The position numbers were made by a program, and so were the translations under genes. A DNA stretch of 63,544 nucleotides, counting the filler, from Dicyema japonicum (Eukaryota; Animalia; Dicyemida): assembly GCA_011109175.1 (NCBI GenBank). It is 4 parts of 4 records of this genome, joined end to end, with 100 filler letters (N's around TTAATTAATTAA, not from the genome) between each part and the next. Parts side by side here need not be neighbours in the genome. Positions count along the whole stretch, not along the records: positions 1 to 15,272 come from RDEW01000006.1; 3 more parts are not named here. One strand, given 5' to 3'. Numbering within the stretch: position 1 is the first letter of the stretch; every line of letters begins with the position of its first letter. Under the pieces are notes generated by a model, which worked only from the letters and a program-made list of their open reading frames with translations, ran no database searches and was not told the origin of the DNA. Shown here piece by piece: positions 1-13,200 of this stretch.

Positions 1-39
1 TCGATTCTGGTTGCTGAAACAACTCCGAGAGCGCTTTGT

Positions 40-195
40 CTATTGAACCCTCTGCCCATATGGCATCTCAGGGCTCTGCCTCCTATACTCCAGTGTCAGG
101 CTCTCTAGGGTCCGCTTTAACACAGTGGACTGTAGATAGGCCTGGAGCTTCCTATCTACCCTCAACTGCTTCAGATAACCCTTGTGGTACTTTGC
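40..195 (-). repeat. Second copy of the 3' coding end of the R4-like element
   Basis: About 85-192 is nearly identical to about 362-470 (KYHKGYLKQL.VDRKLQAYLQSTVLKRTLESLTLEY), but the sequence downstream of it differs. Confidence 0.85.
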
Positions 196-358
196 TTTTG
201 TAGCAGAGTAAAATAGTAACATTATTTCTTGCTTTTGTAGCAGAGTAAAATAGACAACCTTCATAACAAAAAACAAAAACAAGCGTGAGCAAAAATCTAT
301 TACTATTCTTATCTGATGTTAGCCGTTTAAGAAAATGACGGCTAACATCTCTCTCCTC

Positions 359-3015
359 CTAATACTCCAGTGTCAGGCTCTCTAGGGTCCGCTTTAACAC
401 AGTGGACTGTAGATAGGCCTGGAGCTTCCTATCTACCCCCAACTGCTTCAGATAACCCTTGTGGTACTTTGTTGCAATTCCTTCCCACGTCATTACTATA
501 GGAATAACGAGGACCTTGCAACCAAGCATCTGCCCCATCTCGTTTGCAAGAAAGTCATACTTCCTTTTTTTCTCCACCTCCACAGTCTGCAAACGGTCTT
601 GAGACGTGATGCCAACCTCTATGATAAGGACTTGGCCAGACTCCTTATCGTGTACCACAATGTCCGGTTTATTGTGCTTGACTAGCACCGAGGTACGGAT
701 AACACTGTCTACCTTAATTTGGACCCTGGTGTTCTCTACTACAGATTGCACCTTATGAGTCCGCAACTTTCTGGTGTGGCGAATACCATACTTATTGCAT
801 AGTAGAAGATGAAGACTCCTTACTACCTCGTTGTGCCTCCACACATAGTCGTGGCAGAGCATGGATCCACATCGAGTGGCTAAATGATCAACCGACATGC
901 TCCTTGACTTACAGTGGGGACATGTATTTGTTGATCGACCCCAAAAAATATTGCGGTCTTGCATATACGTGTACAACGCCTCCGATCGAGGTGAGTTGTC
1001 ACCGTATTTTAGCCATATTGTCGACGACTTAAGGTCGACATGTGGGTTGTCCAATGCTCTGAAGAGGACCTTATGAAGGCTTTTTAAGTTGATCTTTTCC
1101 ATCAAATTATTATATTGTAATTCGATCAACGCCTTCACATTTACTAGCCCACCATCATCAACACCATACTTAGCAGACAAAAAAGGTCTGATAGTGCCTA
1201 GGTGGGTTGCCCGTGTTTTCTCGGTCGTTATTATGGCGTGCTTCCTAGCAGACACACTTGACCCAGCTATCAGGGTGTCGTGCATTCGCATTAGGATACG
1301 CTCACTTAGTTGGACTACTCCACACAGTCCACGGCCGAATTTATCACGGGGTAAATATAGTCTCTCCTTATTGGCTGCCAACACATGGACATGGTTCTCT
1401 CTGAGTACTCCACGGATCATAACATCCATCTCATCATACTCTTTGGGCTCAAACTCCACAACACCTATGTAGTAGTTTAGCAGCGAGACAGCATACTCAT
1501 TTAATGCTAGGAACAAATTCCTTGCATTTAGAGACGTCTTACACAATAACGCTGCTCTTTTACGGATGCCTTCAGTAATTTGTCGCTTTGTCTCAGGCAT
1601 TATAAGGGACTTTGGAGATTCGGTAACACCCAGATACTTATATCCTTCGTGTTCCTCTAGGACTCTTACTAACTCGCTACATACTTGCGTGTTAGTCGCA
1701 GACTTTGAATAATTCAAATCTAGCCCTATACTCTCAAAGAATTCCCTGGCACAGACCCCCATGGAGTAGAGCTCCTCGGCTGTTCGAGCATACATCTTCA
1801 AGTCATCGATAAAAAGAAGGTGATTTGTACTGAAACAGACCCCTTCACAATGAACTGGTATTTGCTCAAACCGGTCATTGAGGCGGCGACTCAATGGCTC
1901 CAAACAGAGAACAAAGAGTAGCGGAGACATGCTATCCCCTGAAGGATCCCCCTCTTGAGTTTTACCTCGCCTATCCGGTGCCTATTATAGTTCAGATGAA
2001 TACTCCACCTATTCATCACAGCCACTACAAAGCTGATGAACCACACAGGCATACACAGACTGTGTAGGCACTCGACAAGGTAAGAATGATCAACTGAATC
2101 GTAAGCCTTCTTCACATCCACCCACATAGACAAAAGTGAGTTTCCGTGAGACACAGAAAGGCATTTGTTGATCAAAGCCTGCTCTTTTGCCCCCTGACAA
2201 TTTCGCACAGTACCCAACTGATTTTCGGAGAGAATTCCATTTGCTTATACAAAGCTCCTGACCTCATTAGCCACCAATTTGGTCATCACTTTATATAGGG
2301 TTGGCATGCAGGTTATCGGTCGATAATCTGCAGCAGACTGGGGGTTGTCCAGCTTCGGGATCAAATAAGTTGTCCCTGTACATGCCTAATCAGGAATCGT
2401 TTCCAGGGTAGTGATGCTTTTATGTATTACACGACACTTAGACTCGTGCAATGAAGTCCATCTTTTGATAAAAAAATTATAAACTTTATCGACCCAGGTC
2501 GTTTTCCAATCAGGGAGATGTCTCACGACCGCCTCAAATTTCTTGTGAAAATCGAAAATTCCCCAAGATTCCGCCAAAAAAGGAGCCGCGCTATGCGGGA
2601 CATTCCACGCAATTCGTCAGCGTGGTTTTGCCTCCCACATATTACCCCATGTGGAAAGCATTTCCGAGTCCTGCTGGGAACATACACTATGGCTATTTTC
2701 GTGTAGGTGACGGTAAAACAATCTGCAATTAAATTCAAACAGATTATTTTTTCTCCTTTTCTTATACCGACTTTCATGTGTATAGAGTTTTTTCTTATAC
2801 ACCATTATTGCTTCCTCTAACTCCAAATTAGCCCCTTACCTATTGGCGGTGTTTTCCTCTAACCCTCTCGCCACACTACTTATTTACCTTTCCAGTGCTT
2901 CCAGCTAAGTCTGTCTCCAAGCAATCTTGGAACAGATCTGCTCCCTTCTTTTACTGGGTGGTCTGGGCTTGTCTGTCAATTCCTCTAGCTGATCTGTGCT
3001 GCATACAGCACTAGA
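359..3015 (-). mobile_element. RLE-type non-LTR retrotransposon, R4/Dong-like (RT + CCHC finger + restriction-like endonuclease), frameshifted
   Basis: ORFs 1891-2217 and 359-1930 give RT motifs QGAKEQ, VDVKKAYDSVDH, GILQG/DSMSPLLF (1-nt frameshift near 1935) and HLLFIDDLK. These are followed by CPHC..HLATRC, RHNEVV and the RLE motif KPDIVV...IIEVG...EKKRKY. Broken upstream frames include YRPITCMPT near 2300. Confidence 0.9.
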
Positions 3016-3019
3016 GAGA

Positions 3020-5314
3020 TGTTTCCCAGTGATTTATTTTTCATTAAAAAAATATTGATTTCTAACGGCTTTAACGTCTTTAACGGCTCGTATTCAACCT
3101 GGGCTCGTATTCAACCGGTCACATTCATTAATAACAGAAATCCAGAATTCCATAATCGAAAGCGAATTAAATGTCAACTTGAAAAACTGCGAATTTCTCA
3201 ATTCAATCAACTGTTCTTGGTAATCAATTTCTTCAATTTCTTGGCCGTCGTAAATTAATTTATTGGTTTCCGTAATAAAAGGGTGTATTATCCAAGTCGC
3301 AATTGGTTCAGTAACTGGGAAATAATCTCCAATTATATTTTCAAGATTTTCGAGATGATCAACAATCAAAGAAGAAAACCACGTACTTTAGTATGAAATA
3401 AAAGCACTGAATGATGTGTTCCTAATTCTTCACAGAGTATTTTAAAAAGTCGATGATTTGTACTTCGAATCAAATTCACACTCTTGACTGTTGAATCAAG
3501 TACATTTTTTAGCTCGAATGGCAGAGTTTTTGTAGCGAGTGCATATTTATGAATGACGCAGTGTTTCGTAAGTGGTGCTACTTCTTTCACCAATGTGACA
3601 AAACCTGAACGAAGTCCTATCATAGCTGGTGACCCATCTGTACAAATAGATCCAACTTTATCCCAATGAATACAATTGTCACGTAAGAAGCCAGAAAAAA
3701 CTCAAAAATATCATCAACTGTTGTTCTTGCAGTTAATTCCAAACAAAAAAACTCGTCATGAATAGATTCCATGTCGATAAAACGAACAAATGCAACCAAC
3801 TGATTTTTAGATGTTATTCATCCAATTGTATACTAATTCTGCATGGGCTTTATTTTCATAACAAGTTGTTCCAAAACATTACATGTCTCGTATTCGTAAT
3901 CGTGTCATTAGATAAAGGTACATTTATAAATTTTTGTACGGCATCTTAATCGAGCAATATTCTTGCCATTGTCAGTGCGGCAGGTTTTATTAAACTTTCT
4001 CCAGATGAGTGAGATACTTTGTTTTTTGGCAATAATTAAGGATATCTAAAATAAATGCTTCAATTATTAAAACCTCATATGCTAGCAGACATGGTTTATC
4101 TATTGGTCTAAATCCGAAATTACTAAGTTTTCTAGATTTATCATATTTAGTTCTCTTTGCAATAAACTTTCGACAGTGTCAACATTTTGTGGTGAGTTTT
4201 TTCCTTATGTCTTTTTAACTGTGACAGCTTCAAAGAGTTGTTTCCCATTATGACGTCGCATATCATACACTGCGCTTTATCGACGTTGTCAGATCCAGTA
4301 TATTGGGTAAATCCATATTGAATATAAGAATCAATCCATTTGCGATTAACCATTACAATCAAATAACAAAAAAACACGTGGAATAAAATTATTTAAATAT
4401 TCTAATGCTAAGACCTGCTTTCCGAGGTTAAACCAACAAACCTTTTGTTTAATTGTTTAAAAAATTATGCGAATTAATAATAAAAAAATTTTTTTTTTTA
4501 TTAACAAAATTTTTTTAACAATTAAACAAATGTCAGTTGAGGAAGCCTGCTGCGTGGATTGCGAACGAGTTCCCTCGGAGTATGCCATTCCACCCTTCTC
4601 GTTGATCCCTTTTCTTTCTGGCAAGCAATCCTCCAAGTTCTCGCAAGAATTCAGCCGTCATTGGACCAACGGCTCCCGATGATTCGGTCGCAACAGGAGT
4701 AAATCGGTAGCGATCCCCGAGGCAAGAATATTTCTTGATTTTTAGGTTTTCCGCGGTCGAAGCAGCTGCTCCAGGTGTCTGAACAGATTTAAAAATGTTC
4801 GTGCTTGAGAACGTGTCTATGCAAGTTGCGTCCCAGACCAAAGATCTTCCAGACGTGAAGGGGAAAAGGGTCATCCCGTCAGGTCTCTTCCCATCTCCTC
4901 GATCAAGACCCACTGGTTCAAGCTGTGCTGGGATGCCTGAAGCCTTCAGAGCTCTGACGATCACATCATTCAGAGCGGCATGACGTGGTCCCCTTCCGGC
5001 GCTTTTTCTACAGGACAGCGGGTGCAATCCTTTCGCATCGACTGTTTTCCCGCATCGGCATCGGTGCTCCTGGCAAACGTCTAGTGCCAGCCTTTGTCCG
5101 ATTCCAATTCTCAAAGAATCGTCGTCCAAAAAGGTCCCGAGGTTTGGGCAAGGTATTGCACCAAGCCATGCTCCACTCCCTCGACTTGATGCTGACACCA
5201 AACAAGCCAGACGATAATAAAAATTAAATAATTTTTTAGTCATAAAAATTAATTGACCTAAAAATATTCTGGAGACCACCTAAAATTTTCTGGGGACCAC
5301 GTTATGAAACACTG
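3020..5314 (-). mobile_element. hAT transposon, Buster/ZBED5-ZBED8-like, decayed and interrupted by a CRE insertion
   Basis: Fragments include YIQYGF..AQCMIC (BED-like), DGSPAMIG.RSGFVTLVK, HCVIHKYALATKTLP and LLFHTKVR. The left terminus CAGTGTTTCATAAC ends at 5314 and is flanked by gtcTAgat, matching the Buster nnnTAnnn target. Two subterminal ~22-nt repeats lie at 5257-5300. Confidence 0.85.
4489..5213 (-). mobile_element. 5'-truncated CRE-like RLE retrotransposon with poly(A) tail and target-site duplication (TSD)
   Basis: Encodes GAWL.AIP, CRCG..H.LSC, RHAALND, RPDGMT..G..LVWDATC and KIKKY. The poly(T) run on + is at 4489-4499. The 10-bp direct repeat ATAATAAAAA sits at 4477-4486 and 5214-5223. 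Confidence 0.9.
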
Positions 5315-5619
5315 GTCTAGATTGATGGAACCAATCCTATATAATGGACTCGAAAGATATCAGATAAGCGAAAATTTGAAATATAGCATGTTTTTAAATC
5401 CCGTCAGGCCAAAACTGAGAAACTCAGATAATCTGACTTGATGAATAGGAAATGAACTATCATAATAATGAGGTCCTTAAGCAGGTCCCTTTAAGTGAAG
5501 TAAACATGTGGCAAGCATAGTTAGTTAGTCAAAAGCTCGTTCATGTTGCCATTACTAGGGTGGGTTTCGCTTGAGCCAGACTTTCAACAATCCTGACTGT
5601 CATGAGTGTCCGGGAGGTC

Positions 5620-5900
5620 TTGTCTACTTGTCCCCCAAGGGCCCTAGTCGTATAACTGAATGGGACGGATAAACGTGTTTTACAATACAAGATGTGCCTT
5701 CTTTGTATCTAAATATTCCACATTTTCTTAAAGATATTAGCCAACATCTTTCTACTGCTGATATCATCCAGGTCTTCCAATGCTGAACCAAATTTCTTTT
5801 CGTATATCCATTTTTCATTTCTACCCGGAGTTCGTCTAAATTGTACATAGCCTGTTTTGTTAATGGCTACAATTTTAACATGATCCGGCTGAATTGTGAA
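5620..5900 (-). mobile_element. Decayed RTE-like LINE fragment (post-RT region)
   Basis: INKT...KKFGSALEDLDDISSRKMLA resembles TKKLGSLLGDTEDITRRKTL in the other RTE copies in this window. Confidence 0.5.
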
Positions 5901-8429
5901 CATGTAAACTCAGAGAACGACTTAAATGAAGAAAGTGTACTCATATGAGACATCACTGTAGGGTAAGCTACACTAAACATTAATTGGATTACTACACCTT
6001 TCAAAGTAGAACGTGTTTTGGGAGATAAACGAGCGTGGAGTTGATGTTTAGTAGTTTCTTTGTAAAAGCGATGTAACTTCCTAGTGGGTGGCCATCTGTG
6101 AGTGATAAATTTACATTGCACTGTAGGAAGCATTTCTAATTATTTCTAATGTACCGATTATATCTCACCTTACTGAACTAGGAGGAATGTTATTAATCCC
6201 AGGCATACAATCTTTGATAAACCCAGTACAAACAACCCTAACTAATTAATCCAACGAAGGACCCAAGGGGGAACATCTGTTGTGCCGGCCAAATCAATCT
6301 TCCAATAGTACATTACAGGCTTTCCGCTTCCAAAAAGAGGTTGAAAAATTGCTCAGCCCTATTCTATTTTCATCGCAAGTTCTACTGTCGCGGACATCAT
6401 TCTTCGGCGGAAGAGTTCTACTGTAATTTTCACCAGAGGATATGGTCAGGAAGATCCCTTTCAACTACTGTATCGTGCCAGAAGGATTCGTCGCCTCTTG
6501 AGTGGTATCTGTTTGACAAGAATTGACCTTCGCAGACATCTCTATCTTTCGGATTTGAACCCACGATCATCAAATCCAATGTCATCAGAAGGACACTACC
6601 AGAAGGCACAAATAGAAAAGCAAATATTCGAATTTAATATGATATTTATTTAATTAATATTAAAAAAATTAAGTCTCTCATTGAAAGAAGCTTGGTGATA
6701 AAAAAACCACTCTAAGAGATCACAGTGAAGATATACTTTTTTTAATCTGAATGACAATAGTCAACATTTACATCTCCCTGTAACCTCTTTCTACCATTGA
6801 ATCTGTCTTGAACTCGGATACTTTACCAGAATGGAATAAATCTTGATTTATGGCGATATGAACGCAGAGTCCTCCTATATTTGAGTCACCACGTGATTGG
6901 CATTACATGAATGTGTGTAGAAGATCCAAAACAGCTCTTCTATGTCTTGGACTTTACCAGAATGGAATAAATCTTGATTTATGGCGATATGAACGCAGAG
7001 TCCTCCTATATTTGAGTCACCACGTGATTGGCATTACATGAATGTGTGTAGAAGATCCAAAACAGCTCTTCTATGTCTTGGTCTTGAGAAAACTGAAGAT
7101 GTGACCTTATTATGCTGGAGAAAATCCTAAAGAAATATCCAGTTGAATAAGGGATATGAAATAATTTCTTTTGATTCCGTAATGGTGTTGGGCTTTCTGA
7201 GACAGGTGGTCCCAAGGCGACACATTGATTGAATGAAGTAAGAAAGGCGCAGTATATAGGATGAGGGCTTTCCACCAAGTAGGTCAATAAAAATAAATAG
7301 GCTATTTTCAAAAATATTCTAACAAGAAGGTTTAGAATGTAACATCGACTACTGACAGTGGAAAACTAACTGAAGGATTTTCCATCATCTTTGTCTATAC
7401 TAGCTAAGAATGAAATCCAAGGTTTAGTCCACCATAAAACTCAGTTACGCTTCACTTCCTCAGCCTACCACTTGGCTAACTATTGAAAAAACCATTTATT
7501 AGAAATCCCTACCAGGAGAACGAGAATTTATTAAGGATCGCCAAAACTATAAATTATTTCCTATGTAAAATAATTTTGAAACCTGTAACGAATGACCAGT
7601 ACTCAGGATCATCTCTATGGGAATTAATCAGAATAAACGTGTTAGAGGAGGGCTCTGGAGGTACTGTAGAATTGTCGATCGTTGAATTTATTTGTAGTTT
7701 TTTAGAGACTAGAAGAAATAATAACTCTTTCGACAATATATATCCTTTATAAGGACTACAAAATAGGAATCATAGGACTGCCTACGGGAAATGATAACAC
7801 ATTATACAAGTCATTTAAGGATTTCTGCAGCCTACCGTTATAATTAGTCGTCAAACTGTATTTAGACATTTTCCCGTAATCTATGCAAAATAATTATTCA
7901 AACCTTTTTCATTTTTCAAGCTATCCGTAATAACCAGTCATTAAACTTTTTCTAGTTCATTCTAAAAAAATATGAGTCACTAAACCTGTAGTTCAGTGAG
8001 TTCCCTAGTTTCTGAACATAATTATTCGTCAACCTGCTGTAGGCTGAATTGTAGTAACTGCGGGTAATTATCACACATCTAACCTGGTGATAGATGCAGA
8101 GATTGATGGTGTCTCCTCAGAATCTTTTATTTAGGATTTTCAGATAGTGATTTTAGTTGAAGATAATGAACCTCATCTCCCTCAATGACTAAGGATCAAT
8201 ACAAATATATCACTGGCAATGAATAGGCTTATGGCGAATATCATTGGTTGCGAAAAAAATCGTCGATTATATAGTCTTTTGAAGAATTTAAAGAAATTAG
8301 CGATGATCTGATTTTTATACGTTAAGCAAAAAAAGAGAACATATAAAATAATATTTTCCCAACCTTTCATAATCCCAGAACCACAATTGGAGAAAATCCT
8401 CAAGATCTAGTGGAGTGAGATGAAATAAT

Positions 8430-9115
8430 CTTTTTTATGCAAATGGATAATTAAAACTGAGGAGTACTGTGGTTTTCCTACGTGTAAAGAACTGAGGAGT
8501 ACTGTTGGTGCACATGCTGTAATGAATTTTTCCAAGAATGAAGGACAACTGGATTTGTTGTTGAAGGAATTTCATAAAAGATTTAATGATTTCTCGTCTT
8601 TTGAACAAGAATTTTCATTATTAACAGCAACATTCGCTTTTAATGCTGATAAAAAGTTTAAAAATGGAATTGTTGGAGATCCAATCGGATTCTATTCTAA
8701 AGGCTAAATAATTGGAAATAGGAATACCTGCTTTTTTTTCACATCTTCCTGAAAAATTTAAAAACTTTAAAAATTTTGCTACTTTCTGAGGTATGGTTCG
8801 ACATATGTGTGTGAACAACTTTTTTCATTTATGAAATTAACAAAAACTGTTCAAAGAACAAAACTCACTTATGAAAATTTATCGGCTTTAATAAAAGTCG
8901 GGACTACACGAATAATTGAGCCTGACATATCAAAAATTGTATCTGAAAAAAGATGTCAATCCTCCGGAATTTGATATATGCACGATTAGAAGATGGTGAT
9001 TATATATTTAGTTTTTCCTTATTTTTGGTTTTTTATTAAAATAAATAAATAATTTTTCCTTATGAAAAATTATTATAAATGCGGCCCTAGAAGCTAAATG
9101 ATTTTGACACCCGTG
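8430..9115 (+). mobile_element. hAT transposon 3' part, SPIN/GTF2IRD2-like
   Basis: Encodes LLKEFHKRFNDF and the hAT dimerisation motif GSTYVCEQLFSFMKLTK..RT.LT. The terminus ...GCGGCCC...TTTTGACACCCGTG ends at 9115 and is followed by ctcTAgca. Confidence 0.8.
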
Positions 9116-9159
9116 CTCTAGCAGGATTTTCTACTGGGATTGGCTCCGAATTCGTAATC

Positions 9160-9700
9160 CAAACGTCATCTGTGATGTATTATGTGAATTTGTAAGCATG
9201 GTCGATTGTTGAGACGGAGTATGGATTATTGTTTGAGGTCTATACTCCGAGAATCTTAAGACTTGTTCTACGTATATCTCTAAGTTCTACAACAAGAATC
9301 CCAATCTTAATTGGTCATCTAAATTCTAAGAATACTAGTTATGGTTATTACAATACAAATCAGGTTGGACTACGTTTAGAATTATTGTCTGATTCATGTG
9401 GCTTCGTGATCCTTTCATCGGATGACCCAAATCATTTTTGTTATTATGGTGAGGACTAACTCGGCATATTCCCAGCTCTATGTGTCTATGTGGGAAAGCC
9501 AAAAACTCTGAGATATCACAAGAAACTATATTCCACAAGAACTGGTTTTTAGTATGAGGCCTGATGTTATGGAAGATGTTTTTTTGAGGTTCAACAAATC
9601 TCATTTGTATTGGGCCTACATAGAATCTTCATATCCAATAATTTGTGTCTTCTACCGAGAGTTTTTAACCATAAAAGATAGCAATACTGCATGTCGAGTA
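9160..9700 (+). mobile_element. Decayed APE-domain relic of the Jockey/I-like LINE family
   Basis: GHLNSKN..YG and DPNHF.YYG.D match the copies at 10207, 42988 and 57311. Confidence 0.6.
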
Positions 9701-9949
9701 GAAACAAATCTCATGCAGTCGTATCTTAACTTCCATACATACAGTGTCTAGAAAGGAAGCGATCAAGCCAACACAAGATATGAATTGGACAAATATTTCA
9801 CATATTCTGGATGAGCCAGTGGAGCGGAGCACTACAAGGAAACTTATGCAGAGCAAGTCATAAGTTTCCGAGACGGTATCTCGGGAAACGGTAAAGCAAA
9901 CACAAGAGATGATGAGGACCAATATTTCACATACTCAGGATGGGTCGGT

Positions 9950-10030
9950 ACATTTATGGGAATTGAGTCATCATTTATGGGAATTGGGTCAACATTTATG
10001 GGAATTGGGTCAACATTTATGGGATTGAGT
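9950..10030. repeat. 21-bp minisatellite (~3.8 units)
   Basis: The unit ACATTTATGGGAATTGGGTCA is repeated in tandem. Confidence 0.9.
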
Positions 10031-10206
10031 GTAAAGCAGAGTGCTGCACGGAAACATGAGCAGAGCAAGGCAGGAGTCCCCGAGACGGTGTCTTGGAAGC
10101 TAAATGAAATTATCGCACGTCTGATCAACCTATGTACACTGCTGAAAGTGGATTTATGGAGTCTGGTGTACCTGGCTGTGGAGAGCGTAGGCCACCAACA
10201 AAAACT

Positions 10207-13200
10207 ATGAAAAGGAATTTGAAAGTAGTGCTGGTGAATGCCCGCTCCCTGGTGAAAAGGCATGATGAACTAGCGCTACTTGTGAGGAATGCCAAGGTGG
10301 ATGTCTTGGTAGTTAACGAAACAAAAATCAAACCCGGAAGGAAGTATAATATGGAAGGATATGACTCGGTAGAAATTCCATGGAAAGATGGAGCAGTGGC
10401 TGGAACTGGAACCTCGATCTTTTTTTGTAAAGAATTGCAAACACGGAACGACTTTATTGTATTGGCCGACGATTCGGAATTCGTGTCCGGGAATTCGTGT
10501 CCGTCGATATACAATGTGGAGGGACATGGATAAGCGTGGGAGGGCTATACTCTAAGGACTTGGCCCGATCTTCTGCGAAAATTGTTCAATTTTTCGAAAC
10601 AAACCCTATTTCGATTTTGGTATGAGACCTGAATGCTAAGAATAAGAGCTACAGATATTGCAAAAACAACGGGGACGGGCGACTCCTAGTATATCTGGTT
10701 AACGAAATTGGAGTTGAAGTCTTGACGTCGGAAGAACCTAACCATTTTTCACAATATGGCGGTGACATGCTTGGATTGGCCCTAGTGTCTCCACAACTCC
10801 TGGATTAATTAGACAGACCAAGGTTACTTTGGGACATAGGGAGTGATCATATCCCTCAGAAAATAACTATAAACCTGGAGCCAAACATTGCTGATGATAT
10901 CTTTTTGTACTTTGATACCTCGTCGATAGACTGGGTACATTATCGTCATTATTTGTCGAAGACGTTACTAGTGAAAACTAATTCCTTTTTTACACCTAAT
11001 GAGTTGGATGTTTTCAATTGGGAACTATCCAACACTATGCTAATGTATCTACGACTATATGGAAGGATGGTCTACTCCAAGAGCTTTCTGAAGATTAAAG
11101 AGTCTTGCTCACCTTCAATACGGGATCTTATTCTCGAGAGGAATACTCTGAAGGCGAAGCACAGACGATGTGTTGATCTGTTGGACAGGAAAACTGAAAA
11201 GTAGAATTGATGTGATTAAAAAAATATTGGAAAGTAAACGCCGAAAATAAATTGAAGAATGCAGCCTCTTAGTTAACTGGAAGAACTTTTGTTTCTGGAA
11301 AATGTACAGAAGGCTAACAAATAGAAATTTAAAGGCAAAGAATATTGTGCTGACCGATCAAGAGGGAAGGACAATTCCCTTAGAAAGAGTACCTTCAGTA
11401 TTCAGAAAACAACTAGAAAATATACAGGGTGTTGACCCTATTAATATTATACTTAAAAATTTTCGAAGGAGATATCCAATTCTATGGATTACTCTATAGG
11501 CTATCTGGAAAGTCTGGTAGAGGAAATTACTCTAGCAAAGTCAGAACTGCTATACGCGAGTGCAGAAACAAGGCTCCCGGATTCGTTAGCATTCCCATGA
11601 TTATGTTTAAAGAAGGGTCTGATGAATTACTATTTGTTCTACGAAGGATGTATAACTCGAGTTTTAGGCTCGGACACGTTTCTCCGTTATGGAAGCGTTC
11701 TATTGTGAAGATGATTTTCAAACCTGGAAAGTCAAGGTAGGATCCTCTTAGTTATAGGCCAATAAGCCTATATGTTCAACATCAAAGATTATAGAACGGA
11801 TTCTATTTAAGAGATTGAATCGGTATATAGAAGAAAGTAACTTTCTACGACCTTACCAATGGGGTTTCCGTCCGGGAAGATCGTGTGGAAATTGTATTCA
11901 TCACTAAACTACGAAATTACAAATACATTTAAGAAGAAAAGCCAATTGAGCCTTATTTGCCTTGACATCTCAAAGGCGTTCAATAGTGTATGGAACAATG
12001 CCTTATTCTGTCAACTCGTACGATCGAAGATAACTAAAGAAATATTCCTATGGCTGAAGGATTATTTAACTGGGAGGATATCTCACGGGTAGTCGGTGAA
12101 GAATATTCGGATGGTATATCGTTTGCTGCGGATATGTACCTGAAAGAGGACTACGTAACTAAAACACCCATTGAAGAAGCAACCGCTTTGAAACTTCTTG
12201 CAAATCAACAAAAGGCGATATGGATACAAAAAAACTAGGATCCCTTCTCGGTGACACCGAAGATATAACACGAAGGAAAACACTAACTAATGTCGCTTTC
12301 AACAAGACCTGGCTTCTGCACAAATGGCTTGACCCTAAAACTCGAATGAGACTATACAATGCCTTAGTGAGGCCAATCCTATTATATAATGCCGGTACAT
12401 GGGCATGTACAGGGCAGGAACTCTAAAAGTTGAATTCTTTTCACAGAAATCATCTTCGAGCACTCCTTTCTTCTCGAAGCTTTTTCAAAATGCCGTCCAA
12501 AATCTTATACAAGAGAACAAGAACTAAGCCAATATCATGTGATATTACTAATTCAAGATGGAGGCTCTTTGGACACATACTCCTCCACGATATGGGGACC
12601 CCTGCCAACATAGCAATGGAGGAGTATTTTGTCTTAGAAGCTTCTCGTTTCCGCGGCCGGCCGAGGACAACACTGCCGGTTATTCTAGATGAAGATCTCA
12701 GGAGGATTGGAAAGTGCCTTAAAGATGGGGACGATCTAGATATGCTACGGAACATGGCAACGGATCGAAAAAGATGGGCGACGTTAATTAGATTGTTAAC
12801 TTTCCGTGTTGCACATGCTTTGTCATGATCTTGGCATCGCGTACGTGCCTATAATAATAATATCGTTTAAAAGGGGAGTGCCACAGGGATCTATCCTAAG
12901 CCCCCTGTTATTCAACATTTTATGGTAGATTTTCTGTCACCGCAAGACGTCAGGGCCAAGCTGATGATATACGCGGACGACATCTTAATCCTGGATTCGT
13001 CTCTGAAGGCATACCTCTCAGAGCGGCGACTAGGAGCTTTTATCGACGAAGTCCAGGGTTGGTGCGATCGGAGAGGCATGAAACTCTCCACGGAAAAATT
13101 CAGTTATTTGAATATAAGCAGGCCGAGAAGGCATCAGGAAAAGTCTTACACCCATCGTATACTGACAGTTTCATCCATGAAATACCTGGGGATTGCTGTA

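Noticed and set aside
6530-6600. Hammerhead-like (CTGATGA...GAAA) or tRNA T-arm-like (GGTTCAAATCC) motif on the minus strand
   Set aside because: Four unpaired nt precede stem II, the cleavage-site base would be G, stem I is out of register, and no cloverleaf can be formed.
9950-10030. Regularly spaced repeat considered as a CRISPR-like array
   Set aside because: The units are contiguous with no unique spacers, and the context is eukaryotic.
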